Positions 12,665-24,651 of a stretch of DNA of 64,000 nt are shown here, piece by piece; position 1 is the stretch's first letter, and each line of letters begins with the position of its first letter. A program made the position numbers and the translations under genes. The stretch covers positions 868,444 through 932,443 of the forward strand of contig NW_003314292.1 of NCBI RefSeq assembly GCF_000143415.4, read 5' to 3'. The notes beneath the pieces are model-generated. The model saw only the letters and a program-made list of their open reading frames with translations. It ran no database searches and had not been told where the DNA came from. The stretch comes from Selaginella moellendorffii (taxonomy: Eukaryota > Plantae > Lycopodiophyta).

Positions 12665-13750
12665 CTCACTGTTCTCGGTCGATCCTATTGATTCTGCCGT
12701 ATGAGTTGTAATCGCGCAATCTATGAGTGGAGCTCGTCGGAAGCTCTGAACTGGTCTTGAATATCCGGGACTTGCTGGAGCTGGACGTCGTTAAGTAGAA
12801 CTTCCGTTTAGGCCATCTTTCTTTCGCGTAATTTATCCCCATGGTGCTGCTTTGTCGATCACATCCACGCCAGTTGTCGAAGAATACATGTGTGATGCCT
12901 TTGATGTACGCTTTACAAGCTTTGTCTAGGAAGAACAGGGACCTTGGGCGCTTGTCAGCATAAAGCATAACATCCGCTTCACGTTCAGGATGCTCTTGAA
13001 GTATCATGACGAGGAGGCTCTGTTGCAGTTTCCAAGGTAGTATAAGAATCGTGCTAATATCTGGTTTCGAAAGAATAGCCATTTAGATGAATTATGTGAG
13101 AAATGGAGCTCATTATTCTAGAAGATTTGCCTAGAGCCATACAACTAGGACCTTTGGGTTGGGGGTTCGAATCCCCCGAGTGGCGTCTTTGCCTCGTGTT
13201 GCATGGCAGCCCCTTTTGCAGCTTTGGCATACAGGGGACTGTAGCCTACCGACACACGCAACATTCACATTTACTAAATGTATAGATACGTTGTAAGAAC
13301 GTATTTTCTGCAGGTATGGGGTCCCGAGGTCGACTCTCGGAACGCCCTCCATTCCAGTCTACGGAAGCTCAAGACTAAATACACTACAAGACGAGCTCTC
13401 TCGATCATGTTAAACACGAATTGGAACCGACATGAATTGGAACTCTACCCCTTCTGTGACCTTTCGCAGCACGTCAACCTGGTGGCACACGGAGTGGTGA
13501 TCCTGCTGGAGCTACGTGTACTTCGCGCTGAGCTGCTCAAAGTCGAGCGAGCTCTCCGGAGCCTCGAGCTGCTGAGCTTGCCAAAGATCAAAGAACATAA
13601 CTCTAAAACTTGTATTTTTAAAATCTTCATATGCGATAAAAGTCCATTACTTTGATCACAATGTAGCTCGTTTTGTCAAACCAACTCACATGTTTTTACT
13701 TGTTAGCTAAGAACTAGGATTCCTTGCTACTACCTCTGGAGTTGCCTCTA

Positions 13751-14121
13751 ATGGATTCTAAAGCACTACAGCTTCTTATCCTCAGCTTGGTTTCAATTGT
13801 CCATTTCCCCAACTGCGGGACTTCTCAGTGCGATCGAGCTCATCTTCTCAAAGAATGCGTCCCGTGTGTGGCATCTGGCACTGTTCTTGAGCATCCAGAC
13901 GTCAATTGTTGCAAAGCAGTGAATGCTCTAGGCCACAACTGCTTGTGTTCACTCATTGTTTCTTCTACTGGTGTTCTTGCCAAAGAAACAATGAAGAGAT
14001 ATGTAGAGTCCTGTCAAGTAGTGCTCCCAGAGGATTACCAATGTGAGTTCAATGATCAAAGTGTTTGTAGTTACTAAAATTTATTATGCTATTGTTCTTT
14101 GCAGGTGAAGGCATCATGTAA
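13751..14121 (+). CDS. nsLTP-like / 8-cysteine-motif secreted protein (LTP1 copy A), 102 aa; exons 13751-14042, 14105-14121
   Basis: Signal peptide; C-x8-C-x2-C-x13-CC-x9-CLC-x21-C-x9-C; intron inside the last Cys codon gives ..YQCEGIM*. Confidence 0.85.
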
Positions 14122-14311
14122 TGTAAGTATGGATACATGTAAACTTTCTAGTTATATACGTATTTCTATGCAAGTTGAATTTTAATTATAAACTTAAGAC
14201 CATTTGGTTCACTAGATTTTTAGAAAACTTGCACAGAATTAACTTTTGGCTTTTGTATAAATCTCAAAGAAATTCTCAACATAAAACATCAATTCATCAA
14301 TCCATTTTTTA

Positions 14312-14893
14312 ATGGCAACTTCAGTCGTGTTTTGCTTCGTTCTCTGCACCTTTCTGGTTCAAGTCAGTGTGGGTTTGCTTGTACAATATGGCTCCACCAC
14401 AGTCGGGAATGGCAACTTCGTCTCATTGAGCAGCACCAGTTCAGCCCCTACAGTTGACATTGAAGGATTTGGGAAGAATGGCACTACTCGTCTCTTCTCT
14501 GTGGTCATGGCAGATCAAAAGGCATTGGTAGCGTCAAATAAAGTTTATCCCTACATCAACTTTTGGATTGCAAACATTCCAGCCGGCAGCACTGGTAAGT
14601 AATATATATTTTGGTTTACAAAACTTTACAAATCATGGTGGCTTGGTACAGGAGCTGTGAAGGACAGCATTTTGGAGCCTTATGTATCTCCTTCCAACAC
14701 CAGCAAGAACATTCCATACCCAAATCCATTCAATGCAAGGAACCACACGTATGATTTCGTGCTTGTACCACAGAGGAATCCCTTGGTGAAGCCCATGGAT
14801 AGTCGACTTGTCAACTCACTGGCTGATATCATCCAGCAATACCACTGCGGAAGCCCTCTCCAAACGGTCTCCTTTACGACATCACTCCATTGA
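14312..14893 (+). CDS. Secreted divergent PEBP-family (FT/TFL1/MFT-fold) protein, copy A, 174 aa; exons 14312-14594, 14652-14893
   Basis: Collinear with the FT/TFL1 pattern: LLVQYG..VGNG, APTVDI, FSVVMAD, FWIANIPA, PYVSP, HTYDFVL, YHCGSPLQTVSF; signal peptide; 57-nt intron; TATAAAT at 14256. Confidence 0.8.
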
Positions 14894-14968
14894 TGTTATT
14901 TTGATATTGATATAAGAGGCATGACTCAATGAGTTGAAAGTACTGAGTGATTCTAGAATTTCCATTTA

Positions 14969-15230
14969 TGGAAAAAGGCCATCTTTCTTTCGCGAAGTTT
15001 ATCCTCATGTCCACGCCAGGAGTGCATTCTATGTGTTGTAATTGTGCAATCTGCGAGTGGATCTCATCGGAAGCTCTGAACTGGTTTTGAATATCCGGGC
15101 CTTGCTGGAGCTGGACGTCGTTAAGTAGAAGTTTTAGCCCCATGGGCTTTGTTGATCAAATCCACGCCAGGAGTGCATTCCATAAACGTCTCTTCTTGTC
15201 GAAGAATACATGTGATGCCTTTGATGTAGC
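14969..15230 (+). pseudogene. Truncated 5' fragments of the LTP2 gene
   Basis: Translates to MEKGHLSFAKFILMSTPGVHSMCCNCA, matching the N-terminus of LTP2 (24990-24652). Confidence 0.65.
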
Positions 15231-15611
15231 CTGCGCTTTCGTTCCAGCTCCGTACCAGACCTGAGAAGAAGAAAGCACAGAGAATAAGAGCTTAGTTCCA
15301 GATCGAAAGGAGAAGCATTACCTTGACCTTGACCTGTTCATACAATTTCGTAAAGTCTATCAGCGTGACTACTCCCAGCCTCGATGTCAAATCCACAGGG
15401 CGAGCTCAGGGATCTCGGCGACCAATGTCCGAGCGAAAGGACGCTCAGCAACCGGGACGAATGATCCGAGATGCACGATCATCGAACAAAGAAAGAAAAA
15501 ACTCAAACTTATGAAACCATAGTTTTCTTGAGCTGGTCCAGTCCCACCACTGCACTCACTGGAGCTCGTGGCGCCTCCTCCACCTCACTATTCTCGGTCG
15601 ATCCAATTGAT

Positions 15612-15877
15612 TCTACAGCGGCCGCATTCTCTTTCCTGGATTGACACTAGAATCCACTCCGCGCTCAAAATTTCCTTTCTAGCGGGAAATATATGTAGAA
15701 GCAAGAACTCTACTTAACAATCCACTAACTTTTAAACGGAAACTTTCTCTTAGCAAAAATCGTTCTTAGTGGGTGGAATGGAAAAAGAAATTTAGTTTGT
15801 CGACTTCCTCCATCTTGCTCCCCTCGGCATCGTTCCCTTCCTCGAGTGGCGGCATCTCAACGTCGGCGGCATCGCCC
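15612..15877 (-). pseudogene. Captured 3' fragment of HSP90 (last ~26 codons plus 3' flank)
   Basis: Encodes [26 protein letters not shown]; flank matches ~21335-21680. Confidence 0.85.
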
Positions 15878-16253
15878 CAGCTGGAGACAAGAGAAGACTT
15901 GAATATCTATCTATCTGCTGAGCTATGGTCACGAGGGAAGAGCCTTCGATCGTCAATTTTCCTTCGCACTTCGGCCATTTTTGCTATAATAGGCGAAAGA
16001 CTATAGGCAAAAGTTGGGTTTGGGCATGCAATGTACAGTTGTTTGACTAAGCAAGTTGTAACAACCTAAGAGAGAGTGACAAAGGTTCTTATTTCCTACT
16101 GGTCCGAGTAAAATATTTCGCTTGTATTTTTAAAATCTTCATATGTGATAAAAGTCCATTACTTTGATTACAATGTAGCTCGTTTTGTCAAACAATCTCA
16201 CATGTTTGTATTTGTTATAGGCTTCCTTGCTGCTACCTGTGGAGTTGCCTCTA

Positions 16254-16624
16254 ATGGATTCTAAAGCACTACAGCTTCTTATCCTCAGCTTGGTTTCAAT
16301 TGGCCATTTCCCCAATTGGGGGACTTCTCAGTGCGATCGAGCTCATCTTCTCAAAGAATGCGTCCCGTGTGTGGCATCTGGCACTGTTCTTGAGCATCCC
16401 GACGTCAATTGCTGCAAAGCAGTGAATGTTCTAGGCCACAACTGCTTGTGTTCACTCATTGTTTCTTCTACTGGTGTTCTTGCCAAAGAAACAATGAAGA
16501 GATATGTAGAGTCCTGTCAAGTAGTGCTCCCAGAGGATTACCAATGTAAGTTCTATGATCAAAGTGTTTGTAGTCACTAAAATTTGTTATGCTATTGTTC
16601 TTTGCAGGTGAAGGCATCATGTAA
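16254..16624 (+). CDS. nsLTP-like secreted protein (LTP1 copy B); exons 16254-16545, 16608-16624
   Basis: Near-identical to copy A, frame intact. Confidence 0.85.
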
Positions 16625-16872
16625 GGGAAGTTGTGTATGTATTTATATGCAAATACTTTCTAGTTATATACGTATTTATATGCAAGTTTGTTCTTGGTGT
16701 TTTCTAATTTCAGCCTATACCATTCTTATTATAAACTTAAGACCATTTGGTTCACTAGAATTTTAGAAAGCTTGCACAATTTATCAAAGGCATGGACGGA
16801 ATTAACTATGGCCTTTTGTATAAATCAAAGAAATTCTCAACATAAAACATCAATTCCTCAATCCATTTTTTA

Positions 16873-17454
16873 ATGGCAACTTCAGTGGTGTTTTGCTTCG
16901 TTCTCTGCTCCTTTCTGATTCAAGTTAGTGTGGGTTTGCTTGTACAATATGGCTCCACCACAGTCGGGAATGGCAACTTCGTCTCATTGAGCAGCACTGA
17001 TTCTGCCCCTACAGTTGACATTGAAGGCTTTGGGAAGAATGGCACTACTCGTCTCTTCTCGGTGGTCATGGCAGATCAAAAGGCATTGGTAGCGTCAAAT
17101 AAAGTTTATCCCTACATCAACTTTTGGATTGCAAACATTCCAGCCGGCAGCACTGGTAAGTAATATATATTTTGGTCTACAAATCTTTACAAATCATGGT
17201 GGCTTGGTACAGGAGCTGTGAAGGGCAGCATTTTGGAGCCTTATGTATCTCCTTCCAACACCAGCAAGAACATTCCATACCCAAATCCATTCAATGCAAG
17301 GAACCACACGTATGATTTCGTGCTTGTACCACAGAGGAATCCCTTGGTGAAGCCCATGGATAGTCGACTTGTCAACTCACTGGCTGACATCATTCAGCAG
17401 TACCACTGTGGAAGCCCTCTCCAAACCGTCTCCTTTACGACATCACTCTATTGA
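16873..17454 (+). CDS. Secreted divergent PEBP-family protein, copy B; exons 16873-17155, 17213-17454
   Basis: Near-identical to copy A, frame intact. Confidence 0.8.
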
Positions 17455-20002
17455 TGTTATTTTGATATTGATATAAAAGGCACGACTCAATGAAATGAAA
17501 GATTTTTTTATTAAGACCAATCAAAGAATAGATGCGATCTTTGCTCGTGCGGGTAGACAAGTGTTAGACAACAAGCCCGAGCTTCCATGTAGCTACCACC
17601 AGATTTCTATGTCAGTCTACCGCTCTTAGATTCCACCTTTGGATCGCTGACGAAATTTATCCCCATGGTGCTGCTTTGTTGATCACATCCACGCCAGGAG
17701 TGCATTCCATAAACGTCTCTTCATGTCGAAGAATACATGTGTGATGCCTTTGATGTACGCATTACAAGCTTTGTCTAGGAAGAACAGGGACATTGGGTGC
17801 TTGTCAGCATAAAGCATAACATCGGCTTCACGTTCAGGATGCTCTTGAAGTATCATGACGAGGAGGCTCTGTTGCAGTTTCCAAGGTAGTATAAGAATCG
17901 TGCTAATATCTGGTTTCGACCATTTAGATGAATTATGTGAGAAATGGAGCTCATTATTCTAGAAGATTTCCATACAACTAGGACCTTTGGGTTGGGGGTT
18001 CGAATCCCCCGAGTGGCGTCTTTGCCTCGTGTTGCATGGCAGCACCTTTTGCAGCTTTGGCATACAGGGGACTGTAGCCTACCGACACACGCAACATTCA
18101 CATTTACTAAATGTACAGATACGTTGTAAGAACGTATTTTCTGCAGGTATGGGGTCCCGAGGTTGACTCTCGGAGCCCTCCATTCCAGTCTACGGATGCT
18201 CAAGACTAAATACACTACAAGACGAGCTCTCTCGACCATGTTAAACACGAATTTGAACCAACATGAATTGGAACTCTACCCCTTCTGTGAACAAATGGAT
18301 ATGGCCTTTCACCTTGATCTTGAAGATCCGGGAATTGCTGGAGCAGCACGTCTCGCTGGTGGCACACGGAGTGGTGATCCTGCTGGAGCTACGTGTACTT
18401 CGCGCTGAGCTGCTCAAAGTCGAGCGAGCTCTCGGGAGCCTCGAGCTGCTGAGCTTGCCAAAGATCAAAGAACAAAACTCTAGAACTTGTTCCAGAAAAA
18501 TCAAAGAACTACAGGGACGAGATGAGCGCTTCCTTTGGCTGGATCACGGTCTGCTTCCTAGCACGCGTTGTTGGATCTCAGGGATTCTTCCGGGCTTTCT
18601 TCGTGCAGCTCCTTTGAAACTTTGATCCTCTGGAGCCAGACGATTCACCGATGGAAAACTTGGACGGTTGGAAGGCTTTCAAAGAGATTGCGAGCACACT
18701 CGAAACGATCCAGTGGAACTCTGGATCTCACCAACGAGATTGGTCAAGTTCTAAACCTCCAATGCCGCAGCCGCACAGCGAGCTAAGAGTTCGCCATGTT
18801 TAATCTTATTTTGTGTAGGGTGTAGATCCTCCTTTTCGAGGTGGAGCTGCGCTGGATGGCTGCACAGTGAACACGGCATCCATATTCGCGGAAGAGCCGA
18901 TTGTGGAATTGGCTCCTCCCATCCTCTACCCCCCAAGTATTGAAAGATTTGCTGACATCTTCCCAGATCTAAGGATGTTCCTTCCTTTGGGTATTGATTG
19001 ACTTGATGGATATAGAATCTCACTCTAGGTACGACTTTGTCAAAGCCATAAAATCCTCAAGCAGCTATGATATTGATTTTGTTTTGCACACATCTGACAT
19101 GAGGCTTCAGCGCGCGTTTTTTTTTTCCGAAGCCTTCCTCTAGGGATTGTTTATCACCAAAGAGACCATATCTTCTTCTGTGTACCTCCACAGCACCCAA
19201 CCATTTTGAGTTCGCCATTGGAATGCTTGATGGCGAAAATGAGATAGTGCTTAAACACCATTAATGTCTGATCGGCACCTCAAATACAAGCAAAGACCTC
19301 GAGGATCCCACATTACGTTTGCTATACTGTGTTTCGTGCTCCAAAAATCGATCCAACAGTTCAAGAGGTCCAAAGCTATATAACTCTGCCAATTTTCTCG
19401 TCAAGGCATATAGACATATACATATGTGATCCCAAGGGCGTATGTATACCTTTCTTGCTCCATGATGGAACTATAAGAAAGGAGAACTTGGCAACAAATG
19501 CGTGTACTTTTGGAGACAGCCTCAGGCAAGTGGATAGAAAAGAAATAAGAAAGGTGGCGATGCGCAACCGATGATCATCCCTTGATTTAGAAACCGTCCG
19601 GGCTCTTGTCTGACTAAGGCTCAGTTGTGGCATCTCTTTAAAGCGCGTGAATATATCTTTCTATCTGCTGAGCTATCATCACGGGGAAAGAGACTTCGAT
19701 CGGGAATTTTCCTTTGCACGTCGGCCATGTTTGCTATAATAGGCGAAAGACTATAGGCAAAAGATGGGTTTGGGCAGGCAATGTACAGTTGTTCGACTAA
19801 GCAAGTTGCAACAAGCTAAGAGAGAGTGACAAGGTTCTTGTTTCTTACTGGTCCTAGTAAAATATTTCTCTTGTATTTTTAAAATCTTCATATGCGATAA
19901 AAGTCCATTACTTTGATCACAATGTAGCTCGTTTTGTCAAACCAACTCACATGTTTTTACTTGTTATAGGCTCGCTTGCTGCTATCTGTAGAGTTGCTTC
20001 TA

Positions 20003-20373
20003 ATGGATTCTAAAGCTCTACAGCTTCTTGTCCTCAGCTTGGTTTCAATTGTCTATTTCCCCAATTGTGGGACTTCTCAGTGCGATCGAGCTCATCTTCT
20101 CAAAGAATGCGTCCCGTGTGTGGCATCTGGCACTGTTCTTGAGCATCCAGACGTCAATTGTTGCAAAGCAGTGAATGTTCTAGGCCACAATTGCTTGTGT
20201 TCACTCATTGTTTCGTCTACTGGTGTTCTTGCCAAAGAAACAATGAAGAGATATGTAGAGTCCTGTCAAGTAGTGCTCCCAGAGGAGTACCAATGTAAGT
20301 TCAATGATCAAAGTGTTTGTAGTCACTAAAATTTGTTATGCTATTGTTCTTTGCAGGTGAAGGCATCATGTAA
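20003..20373 (+). CDS. nsLTP-like secreted protein (LTP1 copy C); exons 20003-20294, 20357-20373
   Basis: Near-identical to copy A, frame intact. Confidence 0.85.
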
Positions 20374-20597
20374 TATATGTATGTATACATATATACTTTC
20401 TAGTTATATACGTATTTCTATGCAAGTTGAAATTTCCACCTGTACCATTCTTATTATAAACTAAGACCATTTGGTTCACTAGATTTTTAGAAAACTTGCA
20501 CAATTTATCAAAGGCATGGACAAAATTAACTATGGCCTTTTGTATAAATATCAAAACGATTCTCAACATAAAACATCAATTCATCAATCCATTTTTA

Positions 20598-21179
20598 ATG
20601 GCAGCTTCAGTGGTGTTTTGCTTCGTTCTCTGCTCCTTTCTGATTCATGTTAGTGTGGGTTTGCTTGTACAATATGGCTCCACCACAGTCGGGAATGGCA
20701 ACTTCGTCTCATTGAGCAGCACCAGTTCAGCCCCTACAGTTGACATTGAAGGATTTGGGAAGAATGGCACTACTCGTCTCTTCTCTGTGGTCATGGCAGA
20801 TCAAAAGGCATTGGTAGCGTCAAATAAAGTTTATCCCTACATCAACTTTTGGATTGCAAACATTCCAGCCGGCAGCACTGGTAAGTAATATATATTTTGG
20901 TTTACAAAACTTTACAAATCATGGTGGCTTGGTACAGGAGCTGTGAAGGACAGCATTTTGGAGCCTTATGTATCTCCTTCCAACACCAGCAAGAACATTC
21001 CATACCCAAATCCATTCAATGCAAGGAACCACACGTATGATTTCGTGCTTGTACCACAGAGGAATCCCTTGGTGAAGCCCATGGATAGTCGACTTGTCAA
21101 CTCACTGGCTGATATCATCCAGCAATACCACTGCGGAAGCCCTCTCCAAACGGTCTCCTTTACGACATCACTCCATTGA
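20598..21179 (+). CDS. Secreted divergent PEBP-family protein, copy C; exons 20598-20880, 20938-21179
   Basis: Near-identical to copy A, frame intact. Confidence 0.8.
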
Positions 21180-21599
21180 TGTTATTTTGATATTGATATA
21201 AGAGGCACGACTCAATGAAATGAAAGATTTTTTTCTGAAAACCAATCAAAGAATCGATGCGATCTTTGCTCGTGCGGGTAGACTAGTGTTAGATAACAAG
21301 CCATGTAGCTACCACCAGAATTCTATGTCAGTCCACCGCGGCCGCATTCTCTTTCCTGGATTGACAAGATTCCACCTTTGGATCGCTGCCGGGTAAATTT
21401 CCGGGAGACCAAAGAAAATTTGGTCTCCCGCCCAAAATGTTCTTTCTAGCGGGAAATATATGTAGGGCTAAGATTTGAAAATATAAACTGGATTGGAGAA
21501 ATCCACTTAACAATCCATTAACTTTTAAACGAAACCTTTCTCTAAACAAAAATCGTTCTTAGTGGGTGGAATGGAAAAAAAAAAATTAGCGTGCGTTGT

Positions 21600-23967
21600 T
21601 TAGTCGACTTCCTCCATCTTGCTCCCCTCGGCGTCGTTCCCTTCCTCGAGCGGCGGCATCTCAACATCGGCGGCATCGCCACTCACATCATCGTCGATGC
21701 TCAGCCCCAGCTTGAGCATGCGATGGATCCTGGATCCAAAAGTGTTGGGATCATCCAGGCTGAATCCCGACGTGAGCAGCGCCGTCTCGAACAGCAGCAG
21801 CACCAGATCCTTCACCGCCTTGTCATTCTTGTCCGCGTCCGCCCGCTTCCTCAGCTCCTCCATGATCGTGTTGTCCGGATTGATCTCCATCGTCTTCTTC
21901 GAGCTCATGTAGCTCGACATGGAGCTGTCCCGGAGCGCCTGAGCCTTCATGATCCTCTCCATGTTGGCGGTCCAGCCATACTCGCCGGTAACCAGGCAGC
22001 ACGGCGAATCCACAATCCTGTCCGAGACCACCACCTTCTCAACCTTCTCGCCCAGGATATCCTTCACCACCTTGCACAGCCCCTCAAACGCCGCCTTCTT
22101 CTCCTCGAACTTCTTCTTCTCGTCGTCGGTGTCCTCGAGCTTCAATCCCTCCTTGGTGGCCGAGACGAGCTTCTTGCCATCGTACTCCTTGAGCTGCCCC
22201 ACTGCGTACTCGTCGATCGCGTCCACCATATAGAGAACCTCGTACCCCTTGCGCTTGAGCCTCTCCAGGAAGGGAGAGTTCTCCACCGCCTTCTTGCTTT
22301 CGCCGGTGATGTAGAAGATGTCCTTCTGGTTCTCCTTCATCCGGGTCACGTAGTCCTTGAGACTCGTCATCTCGTCGCCGCTCTTGGTCGAGTGGTAGCG
22401 CAGCAAGTCGGCCAGCTTCTGCCGGTTCTGGCTGTCCTCGTGGATCCCCAGCTTGATGTTCTTCGCGAAGGCCTCGTAGAACTTGTTGTAGTCCTCCTTG
22501 TTCTCTGCGATCTCGGCGAACATCTCCAGGCACTTTTTCACCAGGTTCTTCCGGATCACCTTCAGGATCTTGTTCTGCTGGAGCATCTCGCGGGAGATGT
22601 TGAGCGGCAAGTCGTTCGAGTCCACCACGCCCTTGACGAAGGCCAGGTACTCGGGGATAATCTCCTCGCAGTTGTCCATGATGAACACCCGCCTCACGTA
22701 GAGCTTGATGTTGTTGAGCTTCTTCCTCGTGTCGAAGAGATCAAAGGGAGCCCTCTTGGGAACGAAGAGGATGGCCCGGAACTCTAGCTGCCCCTCCACG
22801 GCGAAGTGCTTCACCGCGAGATGGTCCTCCCAGTCGTTGGTCAGGCTCTTGTAGAAGGCCCCATACTCCTCCTTGGTGATCTCATCGGTCTTCCTCATCC
22901 AGATGGGCTTCTGAGTGTTTACGTGGCTCCACTCGTGAGACACCTCCTTCACCGTCTTCTTCTTCTTCTTTTCCTTCTCCTTCTCTTCATCGACCTCCTC
23001 GATCTTCCCCTCCTCGTCATCCTTCTTCTCCTCTTCCTCCTCGTCGTCCGAGATCTCCTTGTCAGTAGTCTTCTCGATCCAGACGGAGATGGGATAGCTG
23101 ATAAATTCGGAGTGCTTCTTGATGAGATCCTTGAGCTTCCTCTCTTCAAGGTATTCAAGCTGTGCCAACCAAAATCAGAGTAACTACTTGTTTCACATCG
23201 ATGAAATAGAAACGCCTACCTGGTCTTCCTTGAGATAGAGAACAATCTTGGTTCCACGACCCAGCCTCTCAGTGGTATCGCGAGTCACAGTGAAAGAACC
23301 ACCGGCCTCAGACTCCCAGATGTACTGCTCGTCATCGTTGTGCTTGGTCGTCACGACAACCTTCTCGGCCACCAGGTACGCCGAGTAGAACCCAACACCA
23401 AACTGACCAATCATCGACACATCGGCGCCGGCAGCCAGAGCCTCCATGAACTCCTTCGTGCCAGACCGGGCGATGGTACCCAGATTGTTCACGAGATCTA
23501 ACAAAACAAGCTCGAGTCAGACAAAAATCTAGAAGAAAAGATCTTAGTCTAGAAATCTGGAATTTCTAGAATCTCAAACTCACCGGACTTTGTCATCCCG
23601 ATGCCGCTATCGATGATGCTCAGGGTCTTGCTCGCCTTGTCCGGAACGATGTGGATGAAAAGCTCCGGCTGGCTCTCGAGCTTGCTCTTGTCAGTCAGCC
23701 CTTCGAACCGAATCTTGTCGAGAGCCTGGAAATCGCAGAAAGAACGCAAAGATCGGTGAGAAATCGCAGAAAGAAGGCAAAGATCGATGAGAATCGCAGT
23801 GAAATATCGCCGAACGAGCATCTAACACTCACATCCGAGGCATTGCTGATGAGCTCCCGCAAGAAGATCTCCTTGTTGCTGTAGAAGGTGTTGATGATGA
23901 GACTGAGAAGCTGGTTGATCTCCGCCTGGAAGGCAAAGCGCTCGACATCGCTATCGCTTTCCGCCAT
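21600..23967 (-). CDS. HSP90: Cytosolic heat shock protein 90, 704 aa; exons 23967-23833, 23725-23584, 23497-23220, 23159-21600
   Basis: [54 protein letters not shown], charged linker and terminal MEEVD; exon phases consistent. Confidence 0.98.
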
Positions 23968-24011
23968 TGCTCACAAAGCCAAACTGCGACCTCGGCACAA
24001 ATAACCCTAGC

Positions 24012-24048
24012 TATATACCAAAGCCGTCCAGTTCTTCTAGAGCCTTCT
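24012..24048 (-). promoter_or_regulatory. HSP90 promoter: TATA box and imperfect heat-shock element
   Basis: TATATA at 24012-24017; cTTCt-aGAgc-cTTCt at 24034-24048. Confidence 0.5.
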
Positions 24049-24130
24049 ACAGAGAATATGCCTTACGGGCGCCGGAGGATATTCTAAGGAAAGTTTCCCG
24101 CCGTTTTTTGGCGGGACCGTTGACTTGGCT

Positions 24131-24510
24131 AGTCAAGGGTGGTCAAGATCTCTGTTTGAATGAGAATTTCTCACGCACAAAATTCTGGGCTGTATGGATC
24201 AAGCATCAATTGGAACTCCCAAGATCTCACCCATTTCGATCATCCAATTTGGTCCCTCTCACCCCAAATTCTGGCCTGTCTGGATCAAGCATGAATTGGA
24301 ACTCCCAAGAATTCATGAAAAGTGAAGATCATTGCCATTTTCTTTAGTCAATGGTGGCCAAGGTCTTTGTTTGAATGAATTGGGCGAGATCTTAATTGAT
24401 GCTTAATCGAAAGCCCAGAATTTGAGCGTGAGAGCGTTCAAATTGGATGATTGAAAAACTGGATGAACGAATGGGAGTTAGACAGCCCAGAATTTGGGCG
24501 TAAAGAGCGA
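24131..24510. repeat. Modular direct plus inverted (fold-back) repeat
   Basis: Unit aaattctgggctg..gatcaagcat..aattggaactcccaaga occurs twice forward (~24180, ~24266), with inverted copies at ~24381-24433 and ~24480-24507; tcatccaatttg/caaattggatga form an exact inverted pair. Confidence 0.7.
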
Positions 24511-24651
24511 CAAATTCCTTATCTTCAACGAAAAGATCATGAGAGTTATGGATGGATTTACAGTGTGAAGTGGAAGCTTACAATTTGGGGCTTTCGCAAC
24601 AGAGAAAGAGAAGTGGATCAAACACTAAACATCCTTAATTGGAATAACATT

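Larger units (their letters stand above)
12666..21330 (+). repeat. Left arm of amplified array: three direct LTP1-PEBP units with spacer segments
   Basis: Near-identical LTP and PEBP genes at 13.7/14.3, 16.2/16.9 and 20.0/20.6 kb; shared spacer at 12.7-13.6 and 17.5-19.1 kb. Confidence 0.9.

Noticed and set aside
13150-13190. GGGTTCGAATCCC resembling a tRNA T-loop / B-box in the spacer copies
   Set aside because: No cloverleaf or A-box could be built; not called as tRNA or SINE
13724-14077. Unspliced 117-aa LTP ORFs from the ORF track
   Set aside because: They start at TTG and read into the intron; the ATG-initiated spliced 102-aa model with conserved GT-AG sites fits better
14312-14893. 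Assigning FT, TFL1 or MFT gene symbols, or claiming a conserved FT intron 3
   Set aside because: Diagnostic motifs are lost, and the single phase-1 intron is about three codons upstream of the FT intron-3 position
21591-22787. 398-aa + strand ORF and other ORFs overlapping HSP90
   Set aside because: Antisense shadow frames of a GC3-rich HSP90 exon; no independent domain signal
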